Positions 47,195 through 58,232 of a stretch of 64,000 nt of DNA are shown here, piece after piece. Made by a program: the position numbers and the translations under genes. Numbering within the stretch: the first letter of the stretch is position 1; the number at the start of each line of letters is the position of its first letter. The stretch comes from an uncultured Nitrososphaeraceae archaeon (GTDB lineage Archaea; Thermoproteota; Nitrososphaeria; Nitrososphaerales; Nitrososphaeraceae): assembly GCA_963765895.1 (NCBI GenBank), contig CAVXZB010000084.1, positions 128,001 through 192,000 of the forward strand. Direction: 5' to 3'. The notes beneath the pieces were generated by a model. The model worked only from the letters and a program-made list of their open reading frames with translations, did no database searches and was not told where the DNA came from.

Positions 47195-48959
47195 GTGTGT
47201 TCAATTATCGGGTATAAAGGCAATCTATACGCTGCTCCAGTTCTCATAGATAGCCTAAAAAAAATGGAGTATAGAGGTTATGATAGTGTAGGGATTAGCA
47301 CTATTGATGATGGCACTATGCTTGTACGGAAGGGCGTGGGAAAAGTGGCTGAGGTCGATAGGCATTTGGAATTAAATGAAATGCCTGGTAAAACAGGCAT
47401 CGGACACACCAGGTGGGCTACGCATGGACTGGTAAACGATAAAAACGCTCATCCTCACACCGACTGTAATGGAAGTATAGCGGTAGTTCACAATGGAATT
47501 ATAGAAAACTACGAGGAGCTGAAGACGGAATTAATACATAAAGGACATTCATTTAAAAGTGATACCGATAGTGAAGTCATCGCTCATTTAATAGAGGAAC
47601 ATCATAAGTCGAATAAGGATATTAAATCTGTTATGATAGAGACATGTAAATGTCTGAAGGGCGCCTTTGCCTTTGTTTCAGTATTTGAAAATGGTGCGTT
47701 AACTGGTGCACGATTCGATGAACCTCTAATTATAGGAATTGACCAAAACGCTTGCTTTATTTCAAGTGATGTTCTAGGATTCCTAAAATACACCGATAGG
47801 GCAGTATTCCTTGACAACAGAGATATCGTGATTGTAGATAAATCTGGAATCCAGTTGTTTGATTTCGATGGAAATACCGTAATTCGTCAACCTACCGAGG
47901 TTGCATGGGAGCTAGCCACCGCTGATAAAGGGAGATATGCACATCATACCCTAAAGGAAATACACGAACAAAGTAAAATCGTATCAAAGTTCAATAACCG
48001 AGATACACATAGGTTAACCCAATTTTGTAACTTTTTGTCGGATGCCCAAAGTGTGTATATTACAGGGAGCGGAAGCAGCTATCACTCAGCTTTGATTGGA
48101 AAATATCTTATGGCAAAATATCCCAAAATTAGGGCAGAATGTGTGATGTCTAGCGAATTCCAATATGTCCAAGATCTTATTGATGATCATGCTGTAGTAA
48201 TAGCTATTTCGCAGAGTGGTGAAAGTGCTGATGTCCTACAAGCAGTTAAGGCAGCTAAACAAAAGGGCGCGACAATACTTTCAATAGTCAATATTACTAC
48301 TTCATCATTAGCTAGAATAAGTGATTGCTTTTTGGAGATTGGGTGCGGCCCCGAAATTGGGGTGGCTGCCACGAAAAGTTTTACATCGCAGACTATTAGT
48401 TCTATATGGAATTATCAATAATCTGTGCAAGGACTTCAGATTTTGGAAGGGTTTGAGTAGTTTGGCAGAATCTACCGAAGCAACGCTTTCTATCGAACCA
48501 GAAATAGAAAAAATATCTGACAAAATAAAAAGCTTCAAAGACATATACATTATGGGTAGAGCATTACATTATCCCATAGCGCTTGAAGGAGCGTTGAAAA
48601 TTAAGGAGTTATCATATATTCATGCCGAGGGAATGGCTGGTGGGGAACTGAAACACGGACCATTAGCTGTTGTAGATAAAAATACATTGATATTCGTAAT
48701 TAATCCATCTGACTCGACATATGGTGATATTATCGCAAATGCGCACGAGATCAAAGCGAGAGGTGCCACGATTATTGGCATCTCAGATATGAAAAATAAT
48801 GTGTATGATTACCTCATAAAAATACCATCAGTGGATGAGATTCTCTACCCACTCGTAGAGGTAATTCCCTTTCAACTTGTAGCATATTACCTAGCACTCG
48901 TGAGTAATGCCGATCCAGACTACCCCCGCAACCTAGCAAAATCCGTGACGGTGAAATGA
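47195..48959 (+). CDS. glmS: Glutamine--fructose-6-phosphate aminotransferase; +1 frameshift at about 48391
   Basis: N-terminal (M)C, EYRGYDS, GHTRWATHG, ISQSGE, VAATKSF, EGALKIKE and PRNLAKSVTV. Confidence 0.96.
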
Positions 48960-49074
48960 GGAATCAGATTTTTGTCTTGGCTAGTTATTGCGTATAAACT
49001 ATGGGCTTGCGACAGACAAATTAGGCGACTTAACTATAAATAGAGATAAAAAATAACAAATCTCGCTTTAATGG

Positions 49075-50535
49075 ATGACTACTGGTGAAAGAGATTATGA
49101 TGTTATAGTCGCAGGGGGTGGCCTGGCAGGCATGATTGCTGCCTGTTCAGTTGCTTTCTACTCAGATCAGTCTCTTAGAGTTCTTGTCATAGACAGAAAC
49201 CTATCATCAAGCTTGGGGAAAAAAACCGTCACCGGTTGGATCTGTGGTGATGCGGTTGGTAAGAAGGCAGTCGATTACATGTCAAACAGAATTGGGATCA
49301 GATGGGAAAACCCTGAAATCGAACACAATGTAAAAGGTGTAGTAGCCTATTCTCCAAACCATGAAACTGCTGTTTCTTTTGATGGCGAAGGATATCTTCT
49401 AAATAGAAAAGTTCTGCCACAAAAGCAAATGAATGACGCCCTTAACTGGGGCATAGAAGTTAAGGACAGGGTCGCGTTGAGATCGTTAATTTATGAGGAT
49501 AATATGATCGTTGGTGTTCTAGGCGAGGAGATCGATACTAAAGAAGTGTTCAAACGAACCTCGAAATTGGTAATTGATTGTACTGGGGTAACATCTGTTC
49601 TCAGATCAAATTTGCCCATCAAGTCTTTTATTGAAAAGAGGATAAATCGAAACGATTTGGAAGCCACCGGTCGATATATCTATACTTTTGAGATTGCCCG
49701 ACATGATAAGACTTACTTTGACCCAGATTATTGTATTATTCATTTAGATCAAGAGATCGCTCCTGGTGGGTATGCATGGGTTTTCCCCAAAGGAGAGAAT
49801 AAGGCGAACATAGGATTGGGCGTACAGCAGAAAGCATTAGAGTCCCTTAATAAAAGAAACGGTACAAAAAAGGATCTAAAATCACTAATAGATGAATATA
49901 TTCGTTCTAATCCAGTCTTAAAAAATCTGAAAATGACGGACGAGAAATCGGATGAGGGAAATTCATGGGGGACCTGGCAGGTCTCAGTTCGTAGGCAGAA
50001 CGATTGTCTCGTCGCAAATGGATACATCCTTGTGGGGGACGCTGCGTGGATGCCCAAGCCTATTGATGCTGGCGGAATCGGGCCCGCGATCATAGCTGGT
50101 ACCATTGCTGGAAAAGATGCAGTTCAAGCTATCCAACAAGATGATGTCACTGAAAATGGTCTATGGATATATAATAAGGAATTTGTTGAAGAGTACGGAT
50201 ACAAGACAGCAGGTTTAGAAGTGTTCCGTCGAATGCTACAGGATCTTACCAATGATCAAATTAATTATGGCATGAAGCACTTTCTCTCTAAGATGGATGT
50301 TGAAAAAATTACAAATGGTGAACATCCAGAGTTCAACGCGGTTGACAAGCTATCGATGTTCATGAAAGCGGTGGTTAACCGAACTCTAGCGGAACACTTG
50401 AGCCACACTTCCAAAATGAATGAAAAATTGGTCGCTCACTACCATAATTATCCTGATGATCCCCGAGAATTTCCCCAGTGGCACCTAACTTTGGAACATA
50501 TTCTGGAAGAAGCATTTGCAAAATTTCGAAATTAA
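49075..50535 (+). CDS. Geranylgeranyl reductase family FAD oxidoreductase (DGGGPL reductase-like)
   Basis: GGGLAG, CGDAV, PGGYAWVFPKG and VGDAA...P..AGGI. Confidence 0.88.
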   Translation: MTTGERDYDVIVAGGGLAGMIAACSVAFYSDQSLRVLVIDRNLSSSLGKKTVTGWICGDAVGKKAVDYMSNRIGIRWENPEIEHNVKGVVAYSPNHETAVSFDGEGYLLNRKVLPQKQMNDALNWGIEVKDRVALRSLIYEDNMIVGVLGEEIDTKEVFKRTSKLVIDCTGVTSVLRSNLPIKSFIEKRINRNDLEATGRYIYTFEIARHDKTYFDPDYCIIHLDQEIAPGGYAWVFPKGENKANIGLGVQQKALESLNKRNGTKKDLKSLIDEYIRSNPVLKNLKMTDEKSDEGNSWGTWQVSVRRQNDCLVANGYILVGDAAWMPKPIDAGGIGPAIIAGTIAGKDAVQAIQQDDVTENGLWIYNKEFVEEYGYKTAGLEVFRRMLQDLTNDQINYGMKHFLSKMDVEKITNGEHPEFNAVDKLSMFMKAVVNRTLAEHLSHTSKMNEKLVAHYHNYPDDPREFPQWHLTLEHILEEAFAKFRN

Positions 50536-50605
50536 CGGTACTTTTATAACTTATCTGATTTAGCAAATTTAGATCCTGTCCCGTAGTTTCATTCATTTTC
50601 TCAAG

Positions 50606-51232
50606 CTATAACTTCTCAAGATGATCTTTTAGATTATCCATCGCTGACATAATCATCTGTCGTCGCTTTTCTTCTGTAATAATTGCTCGAATATCCTCGA
50701 TCAAAACTTTAGCGACATCTAGCTTTCTTCGTAGGCCAGGTACAAGGTTGTCGTATGCGGCAAACGGATAGATTGAGCTATAGATTTCTTCCATAACTAA
50801 AAATAATTTTGTGCTCTCATCCGGTTTTCCAGCTCTCAGTCTATCATACACCATTCGCTTGAGCTCGCCCACACAATCAAGCAGGCCAGTTAAATATGAT
50901 GAGCCGGAGACGCCAAGATCCTTCGAACTTGGCAAGAGTCTGTCCTCTGTTATGGCTCTTAACATATAAGCTTCGACAAGTTCTTGTTCAGGGACACTAA
51001 TATATTTATAGAGGTCAGTTCTAGCCTGTTCTCTCAGGGCGTCTAACGTAGCCTTAGCTCTCTCCATTCGTTGTGTCGCTTTGCTAGTTTCGGACCGATG
51101 CAGAGATATTATTGAATTACTGCAATCATGGAGTACGTCTCGTGTATTTTTGATGAGGCTGTCTCGTCTGGATTCTATATCTTTAAGATCATCGTTAATT
51201 ACGTCCAAGGACATTTTCACACTTGTGAACAA
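50606..51232 (-). CDS. Translin-family protein
   Basis: QELVEA, YLTGLLDCVGELKR and LRRKLD. Confidence 0.85.
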   Translation of the reverse strand: MFTSVKMSLDVINDDLKDIESRRDSLIKNTRDVLHDCSNSIISLHRSETSKATQRMERAKATLDALREQARTDLYKYISVPEQELVEAYMLRAITEDRLLPSSKDLGVSGSSYLTGLLDCVGELKRMVYDRLRAGKPDESTKLFLVMEEIYSSIYPFAAYDNLVPGLRRKLDVAKVLIEDIRAIITEEKRRQMIMSAMDNLKDHLEKL

Positions 51233-51299
51233 TGCCTTCCCATCTATCTAATTCAATATAGAGATTTCCATAGTTTAAGATTTGAGAAGACTCGGATGA

Positions 51300-51629
51300 A
51301 TGAATACAAATAACGGTATGTTGTTTAGCAATAGTATTATGAGCGCGAAGAAAAAAGAGTTGAAGGAAAAGGCCAATGAAGACCGCCTTTCCAAGACGAT
51401 CGTCACACTAGAAGCGATTATAAAAAATCGAGATATTCAGAGAAATACCAGAAACTTGGTGAAAGATGTTCTTGCCACCCTTACTGATGAAAAAGGTGGC
51501 AGTATTTCGGTAAGAGCAGCTAATGCGATCAGTATGTTGGAGGGTCTAACTCAGAGCAGACAGATGGAATCTCATATAAGGACAATGCTTTGGCAGGTCG
51601 TCTCAACTCTGGAAAGTATAAGGGAGTAA
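51300..51629 (+). CDS. UPF0147-family protein
   Basis: RAANAIS.LE and RTMLWQVVS.LES. Confidence 0.85.
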   Translation: MNTNNGMLFSNSIMSAKKKELKEKANEDRLSKTIVTLEAIIKNRDIQRNTRNLVKDVLATLTDEKGGSISVRAANAISMLEGLTQSRQMESHIRTMLWQVVSTLESIRE

Positions 51630-51880
51630 TCTATGAATTTATGTAGGTCCCGATATCTGAATCGAATTGTCTGAGTAGCAAATTAGACTCAGTTAAGGTG
51701 GATTGTAAATACATACAGGCTCGATAGTATAAAATATATCTACAGGTTTGATAATATCCGAAATTGATAACTCACTAAATCTGATGGGAAATTCTTAAAA
51801 TATATAATCATTATTCCACGTGTCTAGAGCGAATAAATTAAATGATAGGTCTACGAGACCAAAACAAAGGTATTTGAAGA

Positions 51881-52768
51881 GTGAGTATTAGTGACTATAT
51901 AGAAGTATCGAAGCCACGTATCGTAGTAGTACTAGTAATCACTGCAGTTACATCTTTACTAGCAGGCAGCAGATTCGATAATACTCCTACTATAGGTTGG
52001 GATGTCTCGTTTTGGCAGATAGGTTTTCTTTCCTTGGCAGGGGCTTTAGCTTCAATGGGATCAAGCGCTCTTAATCATTATTATGATAGAGACATAGATA
52101 AGATAATGCTTAGGACGTCGCTTCGGCCTCTGCCTGCGGGTAGGCTGCTTCCACGAAATGTACTTGTATATGGACTCGGTGCATGCATATTGGCTGTGAT
52201 TATTGCATGGATTACCCTAAATCCTGTAGCGACAGGGATGATCATACTTGGAATATTATTCTATGTTATTGTATATACACTATGGCTTAAGCGAAGTAAT
52301 GCCTCAAATATTGTAATCGGCGGTTTCGCCGGAAGTGCTGCTTCTATGGCGGGATGGGCGACAGCTACTGGATCCATTGACCTTCTAGGTTTTTTAGTAG
52401 GCTGGCTTGTATTCATGTGGACACCTCCGCATTTTTGGTGTTTGGCTATTAAGGCAAGAGAAGAGTATGCGAGTGTTAATGTTCCAATGTTACCTGTTCT
52501 AGTAGGCAATCAGAAGGCCGCTAGCTATATCTTTTTAAATACTCTTATTCTTCTGCCCTACTCCATATCTCTATATTTTTTTGGGCTAGGACTTTTATAT
52601 ACTATAATAGCTGCTTTTTCAGGATCCTTGATGTTGATTTACCATTATAAACTAACTAAAAATGCTACTTCACAGTATGCCTGGAAGGCTTACAAAGTCA
52701 CTGCCCCATATTTGGTAGTAGTCTTCATTGGATTAGCATTGGATGCTCTGTTTTACTACAGATTATGA
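51881..52768 (+). CDS. cyoE: Protoheme IX farnesyltransferase (heme o synthase)
   Basis: KPRI, NHYYDRDID..M.RT..RPLP.G, YTLWLKR and WTPPHFW. Confidence 0.95.
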   Translation: MSISDYIEVSKPRIVVVLVITAVTSLLAGSRFDNTPTIGWDVSFWQIGFLSLAGALASMGSSALNHYYDRDIDKIMLRTSLRPLPAGRLLPRNVLVYGLGACILAVIIAWITLNPVATGMIILGILFYVIVYTLWLKRSNASNIVIGGFAGSAASMAGWATATGSIDLLGFLVGWLVFMWTPPHFWCLAIKAREEYASVNVPMLPVLVGNQKAASYIFLNTLILLPYSISLYFFGLGLLYTIIAAFSGSLMLIYHYKLTKNATSQYAWKAYKVTAPYLVVVFIGLALDALFYYRL

Positions 52769-52844
52769 TAGTGCAACTAGATGATGTTTCCCCTAGTTAC
52801 AATGTAGACTCAACTACATGCGATTGGCTAGATACAAAGTTTAG

Positions 52845-53063
52845 CTAGACAGATTCTATTCTACGTTTGTCCTTTGCGATCCAAGATACCTTGATCAGAC
52901 CATATATCTCAAGATCTAACAAGGTCTTATCCAAGTCAGCATTGGTAAGTGAAATATTATCTCTAGTTAAGCTGTTTATAAGATCTACGTCAGTGGTATT
53001 CCCTACATTCTTTATCTTTTCATAGATTAAGTTACGCAGCGGATATTTCATATAATATTGCAA
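52845..53063 (-). CDS. Small conserved wHTH-like hypothetical protein
   Basis: LDKTLLDLEIYGLIKVSW pattern; lies downstream of cdc48 on the same strand. Confidence 0.7.
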   Translation of the reverse strand: MQYYMKYPLRNLIYEKIKNVGNTTDVDLINSLTRDNISLTNADLDKTLLDLEIYGLIKVSWIAKDKRRIESV

Positions 53064-53169
53064 AGTATGTCAGAGGCATATATCAACAATATGAAAATAC
53101 AATAGCACGTGTTTGTACATACAACCTGATCGAATATCGGTTAAGTTATAGTGGAGCGGCAATGTAACC

Positions 53170-55413
53170 TCAACTATAAAACGATTTGTCAGTAGGTCTT
53201 GGAATACTGTAGGTAACCGATTTTCTTATATTTTCATACCAATCCTCGATATCCTTCGTCATAGACGGTTTCACTTGATGAAGTGCCTTTTTAAAATCAT
53301 CCCTTGATATTACCGTGGATTTGTTTCGCATCGCGTTAACTGCTGATTCTCTAGCAAGTGCAACCAAATCTGCCCCGCTGAAGCCTTTCGTTGAATAAGC
53401 TACCTCCTCCAGTTGAACGTCCTGGGTGAGTGGCATAGAATTTGTCAAGATTTTGAGAATTTCGTATCTGCCCTTCTCATCTGGCGGAGAGATATACAAA
53501 ATAAGGTCAAGTCTTCCAGGTCGCAACAAGGATGTATCAATTAGATCAGGTCTGTTGGTAATACCTGTAACAATAACCCCAGCACTACCGGAGTCGTCCA
53601 TCTCTGTCAGGAGCTGAGAAAGCACACGTTCATTACCAGAGAGGTCATCTTCTCCTCTTGGCCTTGCTAACGAATCCAACTCATCGAACACAACTACACA
53701 GGGGGACGAAGCCTTCGCTTTTCTAAATATTTCTCGAATCGCCTTTTCTGACTCGCCGACCCATTTCGATAATATCTCAGGTCCCCTGACTACAATGATA
53801 TTAGCACTACTTTCAGTTGCAAGCGATTTAGCGATGAGTGTTTTGCCACATCCAGGGGGACCGAAGAGAAGAGCTCCTCTAGGCGGTTTAATACCCATCT
53901 TAGTAAATCTGTCAGGCTCCCTAATAGCTGTAATCAGGTTATCATAAAGTGTCCTCTTTGCGTCATATAACCCACCTACATCATTCCACTTTACCTTGGC
54001 AACTTCAACGTAGAATTCTCGCATAGCGGTGGGAATAATTTCCTTCATCCCTTCTCTAAAGTCCCTACTTCTTATTTCCATCATCCCTAGAGTCTCTCGC
54101 GATATTTTGTCGCCTTCGAGGTCAATTTCCGGCAGATATCTTCTGAGGGCCTTCATTGCTGCTTCTCTACACAGAGCTTTTATATCGGCACCGGTGTAAC
54201 CATGAAGTTCAGCCGCCAAACTTCTAAGGTCTATATCATTGGCCGCAAGAGGCATTCCACGGGTATGGATCTGAAGAATTTCCAGCCGACCCTCAGCATT
54301 TGGTACTCCGACCTCGATCTCCCTATCAAATCTTCCTGGGCGTCTCAAGGCTGGATCAATGCTCTCGGGCCTATTTGTAGCCCCAAGAACGATTACATTC
54401 CCACGTTCGGACATGCCGTCCATGAGCGCAAGCAACTGTGCAACAACTCGCTTTTCTACGTCTCCGAATGCCTCTTCTCGTTTTGGCGCAATAGCATCTA
54501 TCTCATCAATAAAAATTATACTAGGTGCCGAATCCCGTGCCTCTTTAAAGATATCCCTTAACCGTGCTTCGGTCTCCCCATAATACTTATTGACAATTTC
54601 CGGACCATTTATTATGTAAAAGTTAGCTTCAGACTCTGAAGCAAGGGCTTTAGCGATCAGTGTCTTGCCGCAGCCTGGAGATCCATACATAAGAATCCCA
54701 TTATGTGGTTCAATACCTAGTCGCGTAAATACCTCCGGGTGCCTTAAAGGTAATTCGACAATCTCGCGAAGACGCTTTATCTGGTCCTTTAGACCGCCAA
54801 TCTCTTCGTATGTAATTCTAGGCTTCTTGTCGAGGGTAGATTCGGCCAATATACTAAGTTTTGTTGAACTGTCAATCTTTGCGATAGTCTTTGGAACCAC
54901 CTTTTCGACTCTAAAGTCCATGGAATTTCCCAAAATGATAACCGATATCTCATCGCCAGCTGTAACTGGGTAACCACGTAGCCTATTTTTTACAAATTCA
55001 CAAAATTCTTTATCGATAACAACATTATTATTCGCAAGTGGTAGGAGAACCACCATTTTTGCAGCTTTCGCCTTTATTGGCTTTACCGAAAGTAAATCAT
55101 TAATTCCTATGCCAGCATTTTTTCTTGTTTGGCCATCAATTCTAATAATATCACTGCCCTGCTCATCATCGGCTTGCCATCCTATGACTGCCGTATTTCT
55201 TTTGCCAGTCAATTCTATTACCTGACCCGGTTCTATGCCAAGCTGACGCATAGGCTCTGGGTCTATTCTTGCTCTGCGCTTACCCACGTCACGATGTTTT
55301 GCTTCAGCTACTCTTAACTGAATTTTCTTGATAGCTCCCTGATCTTTATTTTTCTTACCTTGAGGTCTTTTCAAATGTGTACCAGGTACAGCCTCCGGCC
55401 GAAGTCCATTCAT
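53170..55413 (-). CDS. cdc48: CDC48/VCP (VAT) AAA+ ATPase
   Basis: CDC48 N-domain and two AAA modules (GSPGCGKT, GPPGCGKT), with RRPGRFDRE and LLRPGRLD. Confidence 0.96.
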   Translation of the reverse strand: MNGLRPEAVPGTHLKRPQGKKNKDQGAIKKIQLRVAEAKHRDVGKRRARIDPEPMRQLGIEPGQVIELTGKRNTAVIGWQADDEQGSDIIRIDGQTRKNAGIGINDLLSVKPIKAKAAKMVVLLPLANNNVVIDKEFCEFVKNRLRGYPVTAGDEISVIILGNSMDFRVEKVVPKTIAKIDSSTKLSILAESTLDKKPRITYEEIGGLKDQIKRLREIVELPLRHPEVFTRLGIEPHNGILMYGSPGCGKTLIAKALASESEANFYIINGPEIVNKYYGETEARLRDIFKEARDSAPSIIFIDEIDAIAPKREEAFGDVEKRVVAQLLALMDGMSERGNVIVLGATNRPESIDPALRRPGRFDREIEVGVPNAEGRLEILQIHTRGMPLAANDIDLRSLAAELHGYTGADIKALCREAAMKALRRYLPEIDLEGDKISRETLGMMEIRSRDFREGMKEIIPTAMREFYVEVAKVKWNDVGGLYDAKRTLYDNLITAIREPDRFTKMGIKPPRGALLFGPPGCGKTLIAKSLATESSANIIVVRGPEILSKWVGESEKAIREIFRKAKASSPCVVVFDELDSLARPRGEDDLSGNERVLSQLLTEMDDSGSAGVIVTGITNRPDLIDTSLLRPGRLDLILYISPPDEKGRYEILKILTNSMPLTQDVQLEEVAYSTKGFSGADLVALARESAVNAMRNKSTVISRDDFKKALHQVKPSMTKDIEDWYENIRKSVTYSIPRPTDKSFYS

Positions 55414-55418
55414 ACTGA

Positions 55419-55700
55419 TTATTTCATTTTTACAGACTGCCTACTCACGCTAACTACATCAATTTCACCAACGCCTTCTGTGTTCTTGATGGATTCTTCT
55501 AGCTTGTCCATTTGCCCTTCTTCATCATCAATCAAAAAATCTCCAAGAATGGCATTCACTCCAAATGCTATAGGCTCAGTCACATGAGCCTTAAGCTCCA
55601 TACCCTTCGGAATTTGATCATTAAGTGTATTCACTAATCTATTTAGATCAGTATCAGCTTCCGCAGGTAGAATTTTAATTCGTGCCACTAATCTGCTCAT
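55419..55700 (-). CDS. ef1b: Translation elongation factor 1-beta
   Basis: IKILP, EPIAFG, and the acidic DDEEG segment. Confidence 0.93.
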   Translation of the reverse strand: MSRLVARIKILPAEADTDLNRLVNTLNDQIPKGMELKAHVTEPIAFGVNAILGDFLIDDEEGQMDKLEESIKNTEGVGEIDVVSVSRQSVKMK

Positions 55701-55880
55701 CTATGGTCCCTCTAGACCGCAACCAACACATTTGTAAGCCCTAGCAAATTCCCTACAACTTTGGCATCGCCATATGAGGACGTAACCACAATTAGGACAA
55801 TAATATTTCACGCATTCGTCATTTGGCATAATGGGACGATTACAAGATGTACAAACTGGCAATTGTAAAGGCTTTGACAT
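55701..55880 (-). CDS. Zn-ribbon protein (DUF1610/HVO_2753-like), 59 aa, below the ORF-track cutoff
   Basis: MSKPLQLPVCTSCNRPIMPNDECVKYYCPNCGYVLIWRCQSCREFARAYKCVGCGLEGP: four CxxC pairs, in the canonical position upstream of ef1b. Confidence 0.92.
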   Translation of the reverse strand: MSKPLQLPVCTSCNRPIMPNDECVKYYCPNCGYVLIWRCQSCREFARAYKCVGCGLEGP

Positions 55881-55921
55881 GTATATATCGTTGAAGATAA
55901 ATATCCGAATTTATACCTTGC

Positions 55922-57116
55922 TTAATCAAATAAGCGTCTTAATTCATTACTTAGCACAGACTTTATGATTTTTGTAGCTTTTTTAGTTCCGATAATTCTG
56001 GCCAACGCCGTTGAATGGAAGTCAAAGTCCCCTGATTGTGATATGAAATCAATTTCCGATTGAGAGATAGAGGCAAATACTTCGTCCAATCCCCTATTAT
56101 CCAATCGCTCAAGGAGCCTTCGAGCAAGTAGCATTTTTTTAAACTCAGAATTAAACTCCAAAAACCATTCTCTTTCGTAGTCCTTTAGCAATTCCTGGTC
56201 ATTTGTATTGATCGCATTTGCCGTAGCTCTGCCAGCATGTATACCTCCCATTCCGCATGTAAAGATTCCACCGGCTGTCGTAGGTTTAGTTTGGCCGGCT
56301 CGCATCTCCTACTACCAAATACTTACGTCCACATAAGAAACTTTCCAGTGGTCCCATTACCCAAATAGGAGAATAAACCTTCCTAACTATATTATATCTT
56401 GACCCCTTACTATTCAAATAATATTTTAATGCTTCTACCACATTTATCCCTCTTCCACCCACACCTACCTTGCCTTTTCCTGAATCAGTGGGTATAATCC
56501 AGGCAAAGAATCCCGGAAATCTAATATTGTCAAATTTCACCTCGATTGCATCACTGTCAATCCACGGTGCATAGACTTCATATTGTGCAGTTTGCAGAAC
56601 ACCAGTTCTATTTTTATGAATTATAGAACCTACCCCTCTAGCATCTATAAAGTATCTACATTTCATCTCTCCTTCTGAAGTTGAGACCAAATAGATTTTT
56701 CCATCATTGATATTGTTTGGATCAAAATCATGGGTATCTTCGACTACGGATCTTACGGAACACCTAACTCTTATTTCAGCACCCAAATCTTGGGCCTCAA
56801 AAGCAATTTGTTTATCAAATTCTCGTCTATCTAGTACAATGACTTTTTGATTATCTGCGTTAACATCAAAACCATTGGAAGGAGACAGGATTTCTGCCTT
56901 TCTAACTTTATTTTGTATAGACTTGGCAGACGGAAGGATTTGAAGCTTTTCTACTGCACTCATACTTACAAGTCCGCCACAGTGCTCAGGGGTCCCAACT
57001 TCGTAATCCTCTTCAAGAACTAGGACTGAGATTCCATTGTGACTAGATAATTCCCGAGCAGCAAGAAGACCAGAAATACTACCACCTGCTATGATAACGT
57101 CATAAATTTTCGACAC
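55922..57116 (-). CDS. Second geranylgeranyl reductase family FAD oxidoreductase; +1 frameshift at about 56300
   Basis: GGSISG, PEHCGG, PGFFAWIIP and, after correction, VGDAAGQTKPTTAGGI. Confidence 0.88.
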
Positions 57117-57241
57117 TGCGAGGTTATAATCCCGTAGGTCTGCTTATTAACTAAACGACAAATATACGCAGAAGACGTAGGTAGCTATCAGAATCGAATT
57201 TTTACAACAGTACAACAAGGATCAGTCATAAAAGCGGTGCA

Positions 57242-58132
57242 TTAAATCATGTTACGTTTCAAATCGCTATATCTATTCCTAATTGTCACCTCAGTTATTC
57301 CTGCGGCACGTGCAATATCGGCCTGTGTTTTGTTCTCTTTATTCTTGAGACATGAAACGTAAAGAACTGTAGCGGCTAGCCCCATAGGATTCTTGCCCGC
57401 AGAGATTTCATTTTTTATTATCTCATTCATTGAATCGAGAGCAAGTCGTTTGGTTTTTTCGCTTATATTTATCCTATTTGCCACTCCTACAATACATTTC
57501 AAAGGGTCGAGTAATGGAATTTTAAGATCAAGTTCGGTTACGAGCAGTCTATAATCCCTTGCAATATCCTTTCTTTCGAGATTCGCAATCACAGAGATTT
57601 CCTTCAAGGTCCTTGGAGTCCCCATTTCTCGACATGCAATGTACACTGCAGTAGATAATATTGCAGATATGGATCTTCCGTGTACCAAGCCCTTGATCTG
57701 AGCCTTTCTATATAGATAAGACGCTTTTTCAAGCACGGTATCTGGCAGACCGAGCTTATCCTTAAGAGCATCCAGCTCATTTAGTGCTTGCTTGATGTTT
57801 CTAGCCGCATTAGAATCAGTACGGAGCCTGAAATCCCATGTACGTAACCTTTGCATTCTAGATAATGTGCTTGGATCAAGTCTATGACCCCTTGCATCGG
57901 TATTTGCCCTATCAATTACCGTAGAATATTCAATATCATTACAGATTAACGCAAAATTTGATGCCCCAACATTACTTCTATTCGGATAAGTAATGGAAGT
58001 CGTCAACATGCCATGGTCAGGAGAATCAGTAACTTGAACCAATCCGCAGCTATCGCAAATTATCTCTCCAGTATCAGCATCAGCGATGAGATGACCTTTA
58101 CTGCATCCAGGGCATGTTAATGGTGTATGCAT
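57242..58132 (-). CDS. tfb: Transcription initiation factor IIB (TFB paralogue)
   Basis: Zn ribbon CPGC...GEIICDSCG, two cyclin repeats, GKNPMGLAA and TEVTIRNRY. Confidence 0.93.
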   Translation of the reverse strand: MHTPLTCPGCSKGHLIADADTGEIICDSCGLVQVTDSPDHGMLTTSITYPNRSNVGASNFALICNDIEYSTVIDRANTDARGHRLDPSTLSRMQRLRTWDFRLRTDSNAARNIKQALNELDALKDKLGLPDTVLEKASYLYRKAQIKGLVHGRSISAILSTAVYIACREMGTPRTLKEISVIANLERKDIARDYRLLVTELDLKIPLLDPLKCIVGVANRINISEKTKRLALDSMNEIIKNEISAGKNPMGLAATVLYVSCLKNKENKTQADIARAAGITEVTIRNRYSDLKRNMI

Positions 58133-58232
58133 TAAGAAGAACTTCTACTAATTGAGTTAATAGTGTCCCTTCCATATAATAGTATTTCATCTTTTCATCG
58201 TTTCAAGTCAAAATCGATCCGCGCCGTTTAAT

